Shown: positions 55,696 through 64,000 of the stretch, in pieces | Position numbering within the stretch: position 1 is the stretch's first letter | Layout of the letters: every line of letters starts with the position of its first letter | The notes under the pieces: generated by a model | The model's input: only the letters and a program-made list of their open reading frames with translations | Database searches by the model: none | What the model was told of the DNA's origin: nothing | Position numbers and translations under genes: made by a program | NCBI GenBank assembly: GCA_038141865.1 | Contig: JAYQIX010000001.1 | Span: 133,199 to 197,198, forward strand | DNA: 64,000 bases | Direction: 5' to 3' | Origin: Gammaproteobacteria bacterium | GTDB taxonomy: Bacteria > Pseudomonadota > Gammaproteobacteria > Magnimaribacterales > D2472

Positions 55696-56712
55696 TTAAC
55701 AGAAAATAAATGATATGATTATGTAAAGTATATTTAATTTAGATATTTTTTTATAAGCCAGCGTTGTTTTTTCTAGCGCTCTTTCTGCTCTATAGCTTGA
55801 CCTAACCATGGGACCAGAAACAACTTCTAGAAAACCTTTTTTAAGACCAATCTGTCTATAGTTCTCAAACTCTTCTGGTGTTACCCATCTCTCTATTGGA
55901 TGATGATTTAGCGTAGGCCTTAGATACTGACCAATAGTTAAGATATCTACCTTATGCTTAATGAGATCATCCATAGTTTGCTCTATTTCATCATCTGTCT
56001 CACCAAGCCCAACAATGATGCTAGTTTTTGTAAGAACTTCTGGATTTATCTTTTTTGATTCTGCTAAAACATCTAATGTTTGTTGATAACCTGCTCTAAT
56101 ATCTCTCACTTGATGAGTTAATCTTTCAACGGTCTCAATATTTTGAGCAAATACTTCTAAGCCGCAATTAACTAAAGTATCAATTGAAGACTTAAGACCT
56201 TTAAAGTCAGGTGTTAAGGCCTCAACTGCAGTTTTTGGATTGAGTTTCTTTATTAGCTTAACCGTATCAGCAAAATGTTTTGCCCCACCATCATCAAGAT
56301 CATCTCTGTTCACTGAAGTTAGAACAACATACTTTAAACCCATGGTTTTGACTGCTTTTGCAGTATTTAGTGGCTCTTCAGTATCTAGCCATCCCTTGGG
56401 GTTTCCAGTATCTACAGAGCAAAATTTGCATGCTCGAGTACATACAGATCCCATTAACATGAACGTTGCAGTTCCAGCAGACCAACATTCACTAATATTT
56501 GGGCAATGAGCCTCTTCGCAAACTGTATTAAGTCTTTTGGTATTAACCTGGTTCTTAACCTTGTAGAAATTAGGATTAAACCCTGCTTTTACCCTAAGCC
56601 ATGAGGGCTTTTTTAGGTTTGGTATGTGAGAGAATTCGTTTCTTTTTTGGCCATTTTTAACAGCCTTTATACCATCTCTATTTACAATCTTTTGTGTTGG
56701 AATGATTTCCAT
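55696..56712 (-). CDS. lipA: Lipoyl synthase
   Basis: 338-aa ORF with CEEA.CPNI.EC and the radical-SAM CTRACKFC clusters, and SG.MVGLGET. Confidence 0.95.
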   Translation of the reverse strand: MEIIPTQKIVNRDGIKAVKNGQKRNEFSHIPNLKKPSWLRVKAGFNPNFYKVKNQVNTKRLNTVCEEAHCPNISECWSAGTATFMLMGSVCTRACKFCSVDTGNPKGWLDTEEPLNTAKAVKTMGLKYVVLTSVNRDDLDDGGAKHFADTVKLIKKLNPKTAVEALTPDFKGLKSSIDTLVNCGLEVFAQNIETVERLTHQVRDIRAGYQQTLDVLAESKKINPEVLTKTSIIVGLGETDDEIEQTMDDLIKHKVDILTIGQYLRPTLNHHPIERWVTPEEFENYRQIGLKKGFLEVVSGPMVRSSYRAERALEKTTLAYKKISKLNILYIIISFIFC

Positions 56713-56714
56713 GG

Positions 56715-57314
56715 CTAGAATATATTCTCTAATTTTTTAATTGCAAGTTTTTCAACATCTTTTATTGAAATATTACTTACATAATCTTTGAGTTGAACTA
56801 CTTTAAGTCCCTCATAACCGCATGGATTGATATATGAGAACGGCTCTAAATCCATATCTATGTTTATGCTTATTCCATGATAAGTTTTTCCATTGGATAT
56901 TCTAAGACCAATTGATGCAATTTTTTTATCATCAACATAAACTCCAGGAGCTCCTTTAATCAAGCTGGACTCTATCTCAAACTCATTAAGTATAGATTGT
57001 ACAAACCTTTGTAAGCTTTCTACTAGAGTCTTTGGTCCCATGTTAAGTTTTTTAAAATCTAGCAGAAAGTAAATAACCAACTGGCCTGGGCCATGATAAG
57101 TAACCTCGCCTCCTCTATCGGACTGATAAACCGGTATATCTTTTGGATCTAAGACATGCGCCTTATTTGCAGCAGTTCCAAGTGTAAAAACTTTAAAGTG
57201 CTCAAGAAACCAAATTTCATTTTTAAAGTTTTTTTCAGTAAGCTTGTCCTTCATTTTTGCTAAAGCATCTGAATATTTTGTGATGCCAAGAGATTTAAAG
57301 ACTACTTTGGACAC
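56715..57314 (-). CDS. lipB: Octanoyltransferase
   Basis: 199-aa ORF with RGG..TYHGPGQ...Y, K...IG and active-site PCG. Confidence 0.9.
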   Translation of the reverse strand: MSKVVFKSLGITKYSDALAKMKDKLTEKNFKNEIWFLEHFKVFTLGTAANKAHVLDPKDIPVYQSDRGGEVTYHGPGQLVIYFLLDFKKLNMGPKTLVESLQRFVQSILNEFEIESSLIKGAPGVYVDDKKIASIGLRISNGKTYHGISINIDMDLEPFSYINPCGYEGLKVVQLKDYVSNISIKDVEKLAIKKLENIF

Positions 57315-58405
57315 TAATTGTTTCGGGCCTCAACAAAGGCGTCTTCAGAAACTTTATGATATTCGGATACCTCGTTTTTAAACTTTAAATATGATTGATA
57401 AACTTTATTAACTGTCTCATCCTCGGAGGCATTTTCTTCCAATATCTCATTGGCTATTATTTTAAACTCTGCAATTACATCATCTGGCAGTCTTCTTAGC
57501 TCAACACCATGCACATCAACTAGCTCTCTTAAAGCTTTGTTATTTCTTGCTGTATATTCATCAAGAATATCTTGATTTACTGCTTTAGAAGCTGTCTCAA
57601 TAATTACTTGCAAATGCTTTGGAAGAGAATCCCAGGCATCTTTGTTAATTAAAAGTTCTAACATAGAGCCTGGTTCATGCCAGCCTGGATAGTAATAATA
57701 TTTTGCAGTTTGTTGAAAACCAAAGGTTAAATCATTGTAAGGACCAACCCACTCAGTAGCATCAATAACTCCTGTTTGAAGCGCTGTAAAAAGCTCTCCT
57801 CCTGGAAGTGTGACTGGAATACCTCCAGCTCTTTTGAGAACCTCTCCACCAATACCTGGTATCCTCATTTTTAAACCTTTTATATCTTCTAAAGAATTAA
57901 TTTCTTTATTAAACCAACCAAACATTTGCGTACCTGTATTTCCTGCAGGTATTGGATAGATATTAAATGGCTCATAAATTTCTCTCCACAGCTCTAATCC
58001 ACCGCCTCTATTGGTCCAAGCATTTATTTCGTCAGCAGTAAGACCAAATGGAACTCCAGTAAAAAATTGCGCTGCGGGGACTTTGCCCTTCCAAAAATAT
58101 CCACCGCTATGGCCCATTTGATGCGATCCACTTGAAACTGCATCAAATACTCCAAATGCAGGAACTTGCTCTCCAGCTCCATAAACTGTAATTTTCATTT
58201 GGCCATTGCTCATTTCTTCAACAAGATCAGCTATCCTTTCTGGAGCCATTCCCAGTCCCGGATAATTCTTGGGCCATGCGGTAACAAGTCTCCAGTTGTA
58301 TTGCTTTTGCTCAAGCGAAGTATTTGCGCCCCCTTCAATGCCGCTTTGACCGCATCCAGCAAATAATAACAAAACCGCCAAACTAATATATTTATTCATT
58401 TTCAT
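57314..58405 (-). CDS. TRAP transporter substrate-binding lipoprotein (DctP family)
   Basis: Lipobox LLLFAGC. W.L.T.WPKN.PG.G, G.FDAVS.G and TGVIDATEW fit the DctP-type SBP subgroup. Start trimmed to MKMNKY to avoid a long overlap with uvrD. Confidence 0.85.
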   Translation of the reverse strand: MKMNKYISLAVLLLFAGCGQSGIEGGANTSLEQKQYNWRLVTAWPKNYPGLGMAPERIADLVEEMSNGQMKITVYGAGEQVPAFGVFDAVSSGSHQMGHSGGYFWKGKVPAAQFFTGVPFGLTADEINAWTNRGGGLELWREIYEPFNIYPIPAGNTGTQMFGWFNKEINSLEDIKGLKMRIPGIGGEVLKRAGGIPVTLPGGELFTALQTGVIDATEWVGPYNDLTFGFQQTAKYYYYPGWHEPGSMLELLINKDAWDSLPKHLQVIIETASKAVNQDILDEYTARNNKALRELVDVHGVELRRLPDDVIAEFKIIANEILEENASEDETVNKVYQSYLKFKNEVSEYHKVSEDAFVEARNN

Positions 58406-60576
58406 ATTTTTTCTAATTTTGCATAAGCCATAACCAGCCATTTGGTTCCAGCCCTATCAAAGTTAATTTGAACTCTAGCAGAATCCCCAGAGCCCTCATA
58501 ATTTAAAACAATTCCCTCTCCGAATGTTTTGTGGAGAACTTTCTGGCCTAGTGCTATTCCGATCTCTTCTTCAAATTCTAACTTTGTTTCTTTAAAACTT
58601 TTTTTATTATAAGGGATTGTTGTTTGAGCTCGAGGCCTAATCTCATTTATCAATTCTTTTGGAATCTCTCTTATAAACCTAGAAGGAGGGTTAAATGTAT
58701 CTGAACCATGCAATCTTCTAGACTCTGCATAAGATATATATAATTTTTGCATAGCTCGAGTAATCCCGACATAGCACAGCCTTCTTTCTTCTTCTAACTG
58801 TGAATTGCTCTCCATGGAACGCCCATGTGGAAATAAACTTTCCTCAAGACCTGTCATTAGAACTAATTTGAACTCTAGACCTTTTGCTGAATGCAAAGTC
58901 ATCAGTTGTGCAGCATCATCGCTTTCAGATGCTTGCCTGTCACCAGAGTCAAGAGATATAACATCTAGATATTCTTCAGCAATTTCTTTATTGGTTTTAT
59001 TTTCAGTGATACTTTGCTCAAAGTTTTTTGTTGCTGTTACTAACTCTTCTAAATTTTCTATTCTGGTTTTACCCTTTTCACCTGGCTCTTTAGCATGATA
59101 GGCATAGAGTCCTGAAGTTTTGATAATCTCTTCCATTAAATCAGATAATGTATTTTCTTCGATAAATTCTTTACAGCGCGCAATAAACTCTAGATAGGAC
59201 CTTAAGCCGGCGCCTCCTCTACCTGATATGGCTCCCTCATCAATAAGCCTTGCCGATGCTTTGATATATGAAATATTAAACTTAAGAGCTGTAGCCCTAA
59301 TTTTAGCTAGCGTTTTTTCCCCAACGCCTCTGGTAGGATTTGAAATTGATCGTTCAAATGCGGGATTATCTGAATTGTTAAAAATAATTTTAAGATAAGA
59401 AATTGCATTTTTAATCTCCATTCTTTCGTAGAATCTCAGCCCGCCATATATTCTATAGGGAATACTTACTCGCAATAGGGCTTCTTCAATAGCTCTTGAT
59501 TGGGCATTTGATCTGTATAGAACAGCTGCATCTGAATAAAGCTCTCCTTTAGACATCCAATCTTTAAGAATATCTGCTACAAAGCGCGCTTCATCTTGTT
59601 CGTTGTATGCCTGATATAAGATTATAGGCTCTCCCTCAAGCTGGTCAGTCCAAAGATTCTTTCCTAATCGCTCGGTATTATTTTCAATAAGTGCATTTGC
59701 TGCGCCTAGAATAATATTTGTAGACCTGTAGTTCTGCTCTAGTCTTATTATTTCAGTGTCTGAAAATGTTTTTGTGAATGCATCTACATTTTCAACCTTT
59801 GCGCCCCGCCACCCATATATTGATTGATCGTCGTCACCAACTGCAGTTATGGAAGCGTTATCAGAAGTTATCTCTAACAACCATTTATATTGAATGGTGT
59901 TTGTGTCTTGAAACTCGTCTACCAATATAGATTGAAATCTATTATGAAAGAAATCTCTGACTACTTGGTTGGTTTTTACAACCTCATATGCCTTTAAAAG
60001 AAGCTCTCCAAAGTCGACTAAATTATCTCTTGAACATAGCTCTTGATACTCTTTGTATATTTTTTTTATTGTCTCTTTAAAATAATCACCTTTATCATCC
60101 ACATCATCATGCCTAAGCCCATCGTCTTTCCATGAGTTTATCTGCCACTGGCTCTGTCTAGAAGGCCAAGTCGCCTCATCGAGACCTGCTTCCTTTGATA
60201 TTCTTTTTATAATTCTTAGCTGATCGTCAGCATCTAAGATTGTGAAGCCACTTGATAAATTAGCCTCTTTATAAAATCTTTTGAGTAATTTGTGCGCTAA
60301 ACCATGGAATGTTCCAACCCATGTATCAAACATTGGAGCTTGAAGTAACTCTTCGATTCTTGATCTCATCTCTGCAGCAGCCTTATTTGTAAAAGTTACT
60401 GCCATTATTGAAGCTGGGTTTTTATTAAGAGCCTCTACCTCCCAAGCAATCTTATGCACAAGAACTCTAGTTTTACCCGAACCCGCACCAGCAAGAACCA
60501 TTAGATGCTTTTTTTCAGATGTTACAGCATTTCTTTGCTGATCATTAAGATTGTCTAATATATGAGATACATCCAT
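58402..60576 (-). CDS. uvrD: ATP-dependent DNA helicase II (UvrD)
   Basis: 724-aa ORF with LN..Q..AV, Walker A AGAGSGKTRVL, VDEFQDTN, YRS and the other SF1 helicase motifs, in UvrD-like order. Confidence 0.9.
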   Translation of the reverse strand: MDVSHILDNLNDQQRNAVTSEKKHLMVLAGAGSGKTRVLVHKIAWEVEALNKNPASIMAVTFTNKAAAEMRSRIEELLQAPMFDTWVGTFHGLAHKLLKRFYKEANLSSGFTILDADDQLRIIKRISKEAGLDEATWPSRQSQWQINSWKDDGLRHDDVDDKGDYFKETIKKIYKEYQELCSRDNLVDFGELLLKAYEVVKTNQVVRDFFHNRFQSILVDEFQDTNTIQYKWLLEITSDNASITAVGDDDQSIYGWRGAKVENVDAFTKTFSDTEIIRLEQNYRSTNIILGAANALIENNTERLGKNLWTDQLEGEPIILYQAYNEQDEARFVADILKDWMSKGELYSDAAVLYRSNAQSRAIEEALLRVSIPYRIYGGLRFYERMEIKNAISYLKIIFNNSDNPAFERSISNPTRGVGEKTLAKIRATALKFNISYIKASARLIDEGAISGRGGAGLRSYLEFIARCKEFIEENTLSDLMEEIIKTSGLYAYHAKEPGEKGKTRIENLEELVTATKNFEQSITENKTNKEIAEEYLDVISLDSGDRQASESDDAAQLMTLHSAKGLEFKLVLMTGLEESLFPHGRSMESNSQLEEERRLCYVGITRAMQKLYISYAESRRLHGSDTFNPPSRFIREIPKELINEIRPRAQTTIPYNKKSFKETKLEFEEEIGIALGQKVLHKTFGEGIVLNYEGSGDSARVQINFDRAGTKWLVMAYAKLEKI

Positions 60577-60618
60577 TTGGGGTTCATTTTTTTGCTCAAG
60601 AGAGATATTCTAACCTTT

Positions 60619-61461
60619 ATGCCAACAAAATTATTGAGACAAATTAAAAATAGTCTGCCTGAATTAAGAAAATCAGAAAGAGCTGTGGGTGAGTTTGTGC
60701 TAGAAGACCCAAAATCAGTTATTAATATGAAAACAGCCGAGGCATCAGAAAAAATCGGAATAAGTGAGCCAACATTAATAAGGTTTTGTAAGGCTCTAGG
60801 CTTCTCTGGGTATCAAGATTTTAAAATTAATTTATCTCAGCAGTTAGCAGCAGATGATTATTTTGTAATGTATGAAATTGATGAAGATGATTCAATACAT
60901 GAGCTTTGTGAGAAAGTATTTGATACAACAATAAGTGAAATACTGAATGTAAGATCGCAAATTGATCAAAATATTTTAGAGGAGGCAATTGAGGCTTTGG
61001 CTAATGCAAGGCGGGTTGAGTTTTATGCATTTGGGGGTTCGGCTCCAGTAGCGATGGATGCTCAACACAAGTTTTTCAGGTTAAAAATCCCTTCTTCATA
61101 TATATCAGACCCTCATATTCAGTTTATGTCTGCTAATTCACTTGGCAAAAAAGATGTTGTGGTTGCAATCTCACAATCTGGAACTACTTCCGCCCTTCTT
61201 GATAGTGTAAGAATTGTTAGAAAATCCGGCGTTAAAGTAATTGGAATAATGCCAGGAAGAACTCCTTTGGCAGATATTTGTGATTACCCTTTAACCATTG
61301 ATGTTGGAGATAATAATCGCCTCTCAAAACCAAACACATCTAGGATTGCTTATACTGCTGTTATAGACGTTATGACTATGGGAGTTGCCCAGCTAAAACC
61401 TGAGGCGCAAGAACATTTATATAACATAGTTGATAGCCAAAGATCGTTGAGAGTAAAGTAG
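60619..61461 (+). CDS. RpiR/HexR-family transcriptional regulator (HTH + SIS domain)
   Basis: N-terminal HTH_6 (LRKSERAVGEFVL..P, IGISEPTLIRFCKALGFSGYQDFK) and a C-terminal SIS domain (FGGS, ISQSGTT). Start trimmed to MPTKLL. Confidence 0.8.
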   Translation: MPTKLLRQIKNSLPELRKSERAVGEFVLEDPKSVINMKTAEASEKIGISEPTLIRFCKALGFSGYQDFKINLSQQLAADDYFVMYEIDEDDSIHELCEKVFDTTISEILNVRSQIDQNILEEAIEALANARRVEFYAFGGSAPVAMDAQHKFFRLKIPSSYISDPHIQFMSANSLGKKDVVVAISQSGTTSALLDSVRIVRKSGVKVIGIMPGRTPLADICDYPLTIDVGDNNRLSKPNTSRIAYTAVIDVMTMGVAQLKPEAQEHLYNIVDSQRSLRVK

Positions 61462-62433
61462 CTAGATTTTACTTAACATCTCCTCGGTTGCACTCCATAA
61501 CTTTTCAGCCTCAGACGAATCAACCGCCCATTCTCTAACGCCAAAATATCGCTCCTCTGGACTGCCATCAGAAATATTAGCGACATCACAGTTTTCACAA
61601 TACACTCCTCCAATGCCATCGAGGCTAGAACTGGTAGCTGCCCATAAAGAAGTTCCCGCTCCTTGAGTAGGAGATTTAAATCCAGCTTTTGCTAAATCTG
61701 AAAGAGAGCCATCTTCGTTCATCCACCCCATTGCAACCATCTCTTCTTGCTGAAGATGTCTTTGCAGAGGTGTAAATATTCCTCCAGGATGAACTGCGAA
61801 AGAACGAATATTTTTATCTTTATACCTTTTATCTAATTCAACAGAAAAAAGACTTGCGGCTGTTTTAGATTGACCATAAGAAACCCATTTATCGTAATCA
61901 TGATTAAAGTGGATATCATCCCAGCAAATACCAGAAAACTTATGTGCTGTTGAGGAAAGATTGATTACTCTTGTTCCATTGAGCTTATCCATGACCCTGA
62001 TAAGCTCGTTTGTGAAAACAAAATGTCCTATATGATTAACTGCAAACTGGAGATCCCAGCCGTTTGAGGTTTTTGATTCTGGGCATGCCATAATTCCAGC
62101 ATTATTAATTAAGATGCTCAAAGACTTAATCTCATTGATAAATTCTTGGGTGTAGTCTTTTATAGAGCTAATGTCTGCAAGATCCATTTTAGAAATATTT
62201 GCTTCATCTATAATTCCATCAAGTGCTTTTTTTGCATCATCAACTCTTCTGGCAGGGACAAAAACATTAGCTCCAGCCTCTGCAAGTGCTCTTGTGGTTT
62301 CTAAGCCTATACCAGAGTATCCGCCTGTAACTATTGCTGTTTTTCCTGATAGATCAATGCCCTCTAGAATCTCTTTTGGTTCTGATTTTGCATGAAACCC
62401 AGAGTTAAGTTTTTGCTGATTTTTCGAAATCAT
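61462..62433 (-). CDS. Short-chain dehydrogenase/reductase (SDR) family oxidoreductase
   Basis: 323-aa ORF with TGGYSGIG, NNAG and the Y..SK catalytic motif (YGQSK). Confidence 0.85.
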   Translation of the reverse strand: MISKNQQKLNSGFHAKSEPKEILEGIDLSGKTAIVTGGYSGIGLETTRALAEAGANVFVPARRVDDAKKALDGIIDEANISKMDLADISSIKDYTQEFINEIKSLSILINNAGIMACPESKTSNGWDLQFAVNHIGHFVFTNELIRVMDKLNGTRVINLSSTAHKFSGICWDDIHFNHDYDKWVSYGQSKTAASLFSVELDKRYKDKNIRSFAVHPGGIFTPLQRHLQQEEMVAMGWMNEDGSLSDLAKAGFKSPTQGAGTSLWAATSSSLDGIGGVYCENCDVANISDGSPEERYFGVREWAVDSSEAEKLWSATEEMLSKI

Positions 62434-62488
62434 TTTTTTATATCCCCCTTTATATTATAGTAATGATAAACCATTAAAGGAGATCCTA

Positions 62489-62905
62489 GTGAGCCAAGAA
62501 GTAAAAGATTTTTTTTCAACATATGGTGACTTTGTTGAAAAAGTTACAAGTGAACCAAGTATTGATCTAGATGCGCTTAAACAAAGTTTTGATGATGTAG
62601 AAAATAGTTCTGAAATTAAATCAGCAAGATTATTGACTGCTGCGCTTGGACTTGGGAGTGAAACGGGTGAATTTGTAGAAATTGTAAAAAAGATGTTTCT
62701 TCAAGGGAAACCTCCTTCAGAAGATAATATTTTTCATATGAAAAGAGAGCTTGGAGATATCATGTGGTACTGGACAACAGCCTGCGCTTCATTAGGTTTA
62801 GATCCTTTTGAGGTTATTATTGAAAATCAAAAAAAGCTTGAGGCTAGATATGGTGAAAAGTTTGAGGTTGAAAGAAGTGAAATTAGAAAAGATGGAGATT
62901 TGTAG
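62489..62905 (+). CDS. MazG-like nucleotide pyrophosphohydrolase domain protein
   Basis: 138-aa ORF (GTG start) with the E..E...E..D type pattern (GSETGEFVEIVKK ... RELGDIMWYW). Confidence 0.65.
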   Translation: MSQEVKDFFSTYGDFVEKVTSEPSIDLDALKQSFDDVENSSEIKSARLLTAALGLGSETGEFVEIVKKMFLQGKPPSEDNIFHMKRELGDIMWYWTTACASLGLDPFEVIIENQKKLEARYGEKFEVERSEIRKDGDL

Positions 62906-62937
62906 AAATTAATTTTTTGCTAATTGTAGTTTTATTT

Positions 62938-63087
62938 ATGAGTAAAGAAAATAGTAAAGAAAAGAAAAATCCTCCATCAGCTGTTGAAGATTGTGCTGAT
63001 GTGAAGTCAAAATATAAAAGGTTTAAGGAAGGTGCTAATAAACCAAAATTTCCTCCAGTTGAGTACGAGGTTCCGCCTCATCATTAA
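62938..63087 (+). CDS. Hypothetical 49-aa Lys/Pro-rich protein
   Basis: Below the track cutoff. MSKENSKEKKNPPSAVEDCADVKSKYKRFKEGANKPKFPPVEYEVPPHH. Its stop is directly followed by the ATG of the next ORF (TAAATG). Coding status uncertain. Confidence 0.25.
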   Translation: MSKENSKEKKNPPSAVEDCADVKSKYKRFKEGANKPKFPPVEYEVPPHH

Positions 63088-63456
63088 ATGATTTTAGTTT
63101 TATCTTTAGCTTATACACTAATGGCTTTTGCTTATTTTTATTCCTACAAAGCTGGATATAGTTTATTGCGATACATGTTCAAAAGAAAAAACATTAATAT
63201 TTATTTGTCTGTTGAAATCATCTTTTTAATTCTCACTTCTTATATCGTATTTTCTAATCAGCCACTAAATTGGATAATTGCAATCTTGATGCTTCTTCAT
63301 GCATCAGGAATTATCTGGTTGATATCTAATCCTGCAGGTTTTTATGAAATATTAGAAGAGTCCTTTGCCATGGATGAAAACATCTCAGAAATTTCGGTTG
63401 TTGCTATGTTGCTTATATCAGCAATACTTGTTTTGTTTTCTAGGTTTTTTTTCTGA
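63088..63456 (+). CDS. Hypothetical four-TM membrane protein
   Basis: 122-aa hydrophobic ORF. No family recognised. Confidence 0.4.
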   Translation: MILVLSLAYTLMAFAYFYSYKAGYSLLRYMFKRKNINIYLSVEIIFLILTSYIVFSNQPLNWIIAILMLLHASGIIWLISNPAGFYEILEESFAMDENISEISVVAMLLISAILVLFSRFFF

Positions 63457-64000
63457 TTCTTTTAATAAGGCTTGAGGTATCCCAGCCCCCCCTCCCATTT
63501 CTTGGAGTTCCTTATAAAAATTGTTAATTAGTTTTGTTGTCTCGATATTTACATTGAGTTTTTTTGCTTCATTTTCCACAATATCTAAATCTTTACGCAT
63601 CAAATCGACTGCAAAACCAAAATTAAACTCATCTCTAGCCATGGTTTCCCATCTGTTATCCATTTGCCAGCTTTGTGCAGCTCCCTTTGAGATAACTTGC
63701 AAGACATCTTTAGACTCAAGGCCTGATTCCTTAGAGAAATTTAAAGATTCTGCTAAACCTTGAATTAAACTTGCAATAGCTATTTGATTAACCATTTTGG
63801 TTAATTGGCCATTACCAGTCTCTCCCATGTATTTTGAATATTTAGAATAAGTGCTTAAGACTTTTTTACTTCTTTTGTATGCCTCTTCCTTCCCGCCAAC
63901 CATTATGGTCAGCGACCCGTTTTCTGCTCCAGCTTGTCCTCCTGAAACAGGAGCATCAAGATAATGGCAATTTATCTCATCAAAAATCTTATGCATTTCT
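63418..64000 (-). CDS. 3-hydroxyisobutyrate dehydrogenase / beta-hydroxyacid dehydrogenase family protein, partial (N-terminus beyond window end)
   Basis: C-terminal two-thirds of the family: LDAPVSGG..GA..G.L.IMVGG, and K...N......A..E...L. The frame stays open to base 64000. Confidence 0.8.
   Translation of the reverse strand, partial: EMHKIFDEINCHYLDAPVSGGQAGAENGSLTIMVGGKEEAYKRSKKVLSTYSKYSKYMGETGNGQLTKMVNQIAIASLIQGLAESLNFSKESGLESKDVLQVISKGAAQSWQMDNRWETMARDEFNFGFAVDLMRKDLDIVENEAKKLNVNIETTKLINNFYKELQEMGGGAGIPQALLKESEKKPRKQNKYC

Noticed and set aside
63418-63456. 39-bp convergent overlap between the hypothetical membrane gene and the dehydrogenase gene
   Set aside because: Probably just the unconserved tails of two ORFs in a compact genome. 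I see no evidence of an antisense regulatory function.
1-64000. Search for prophage, transposon, toxin-antitoxin, restriction-modification, retron/CBASS-like or other defence modules, rRNA operons and CRISPR arrays
   Set aside because: I found no recombinase, nuclease-NTPase pairs, reverse transcriptase, methyltransferase-endonuclease pairs, short repeat-spacer arrays or rRNA-like sequence. Apart from the 1-kb tRNA-Phe cassette, the window reads as core genome.

Overview
AT-rich (about one-third GC by eye), very gene-dense chromosomal segment; many adjacent genes overlap by 1-4 nt. Gene content and synteny look gammaproteobacterial: mutY-yggX-tRNA-Phe, lgt-thyA-folA, yggS-proC-yggT-metXW-rdgB-hemW, lipB-lipA, ubiC-ubiA next to a rubredoxin, and glnII-ntrB-ntrC. 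This fits a streamlined, probably marine, lineage. I call about 85 protein genes and one tRNA. I see no rRNA, CRISPR array, transposase, integrase or phage genes, and no recognisable defence system. Most of the window is housekeeping, so I cannot point to a convincing novel multi-gene system. Six signals are worth a second look. (1) tRNA-Phe is followed 1,070 bp later by a perfect 49-bp copy of its 3' half, enclosing a 1-kb two-gene cassette with no integrase and with internal TGAACAC repeats at both inner ends. (2) Two conserved non-coding units of about 68 nt sit in an exact 100-nt register between a divergent alkB-like operon and pip. (3) An AlkB-family di-iron oxygenase with a variant third His box is coupled to a stand-alone 2Fe-2S ferredoxin, while an unannotated 56-aa rubredoxin sits 11 kb away, coupled to an amino-acid symporter. 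(4) A type II glutamine synthetase occupies the glnA slot behind a sigma-54/NtrC-type promoter. (5) Six single-nucleotide frameshifts in five otherwise intact genes mostly lie in or next to short same-base runs, which points to sequencing error at least as much as gene decay. (6) A complete six-gene TonB2-type energy-transduction module is present. Coordinates and motif matches were derived by hand, and no database search was possible.
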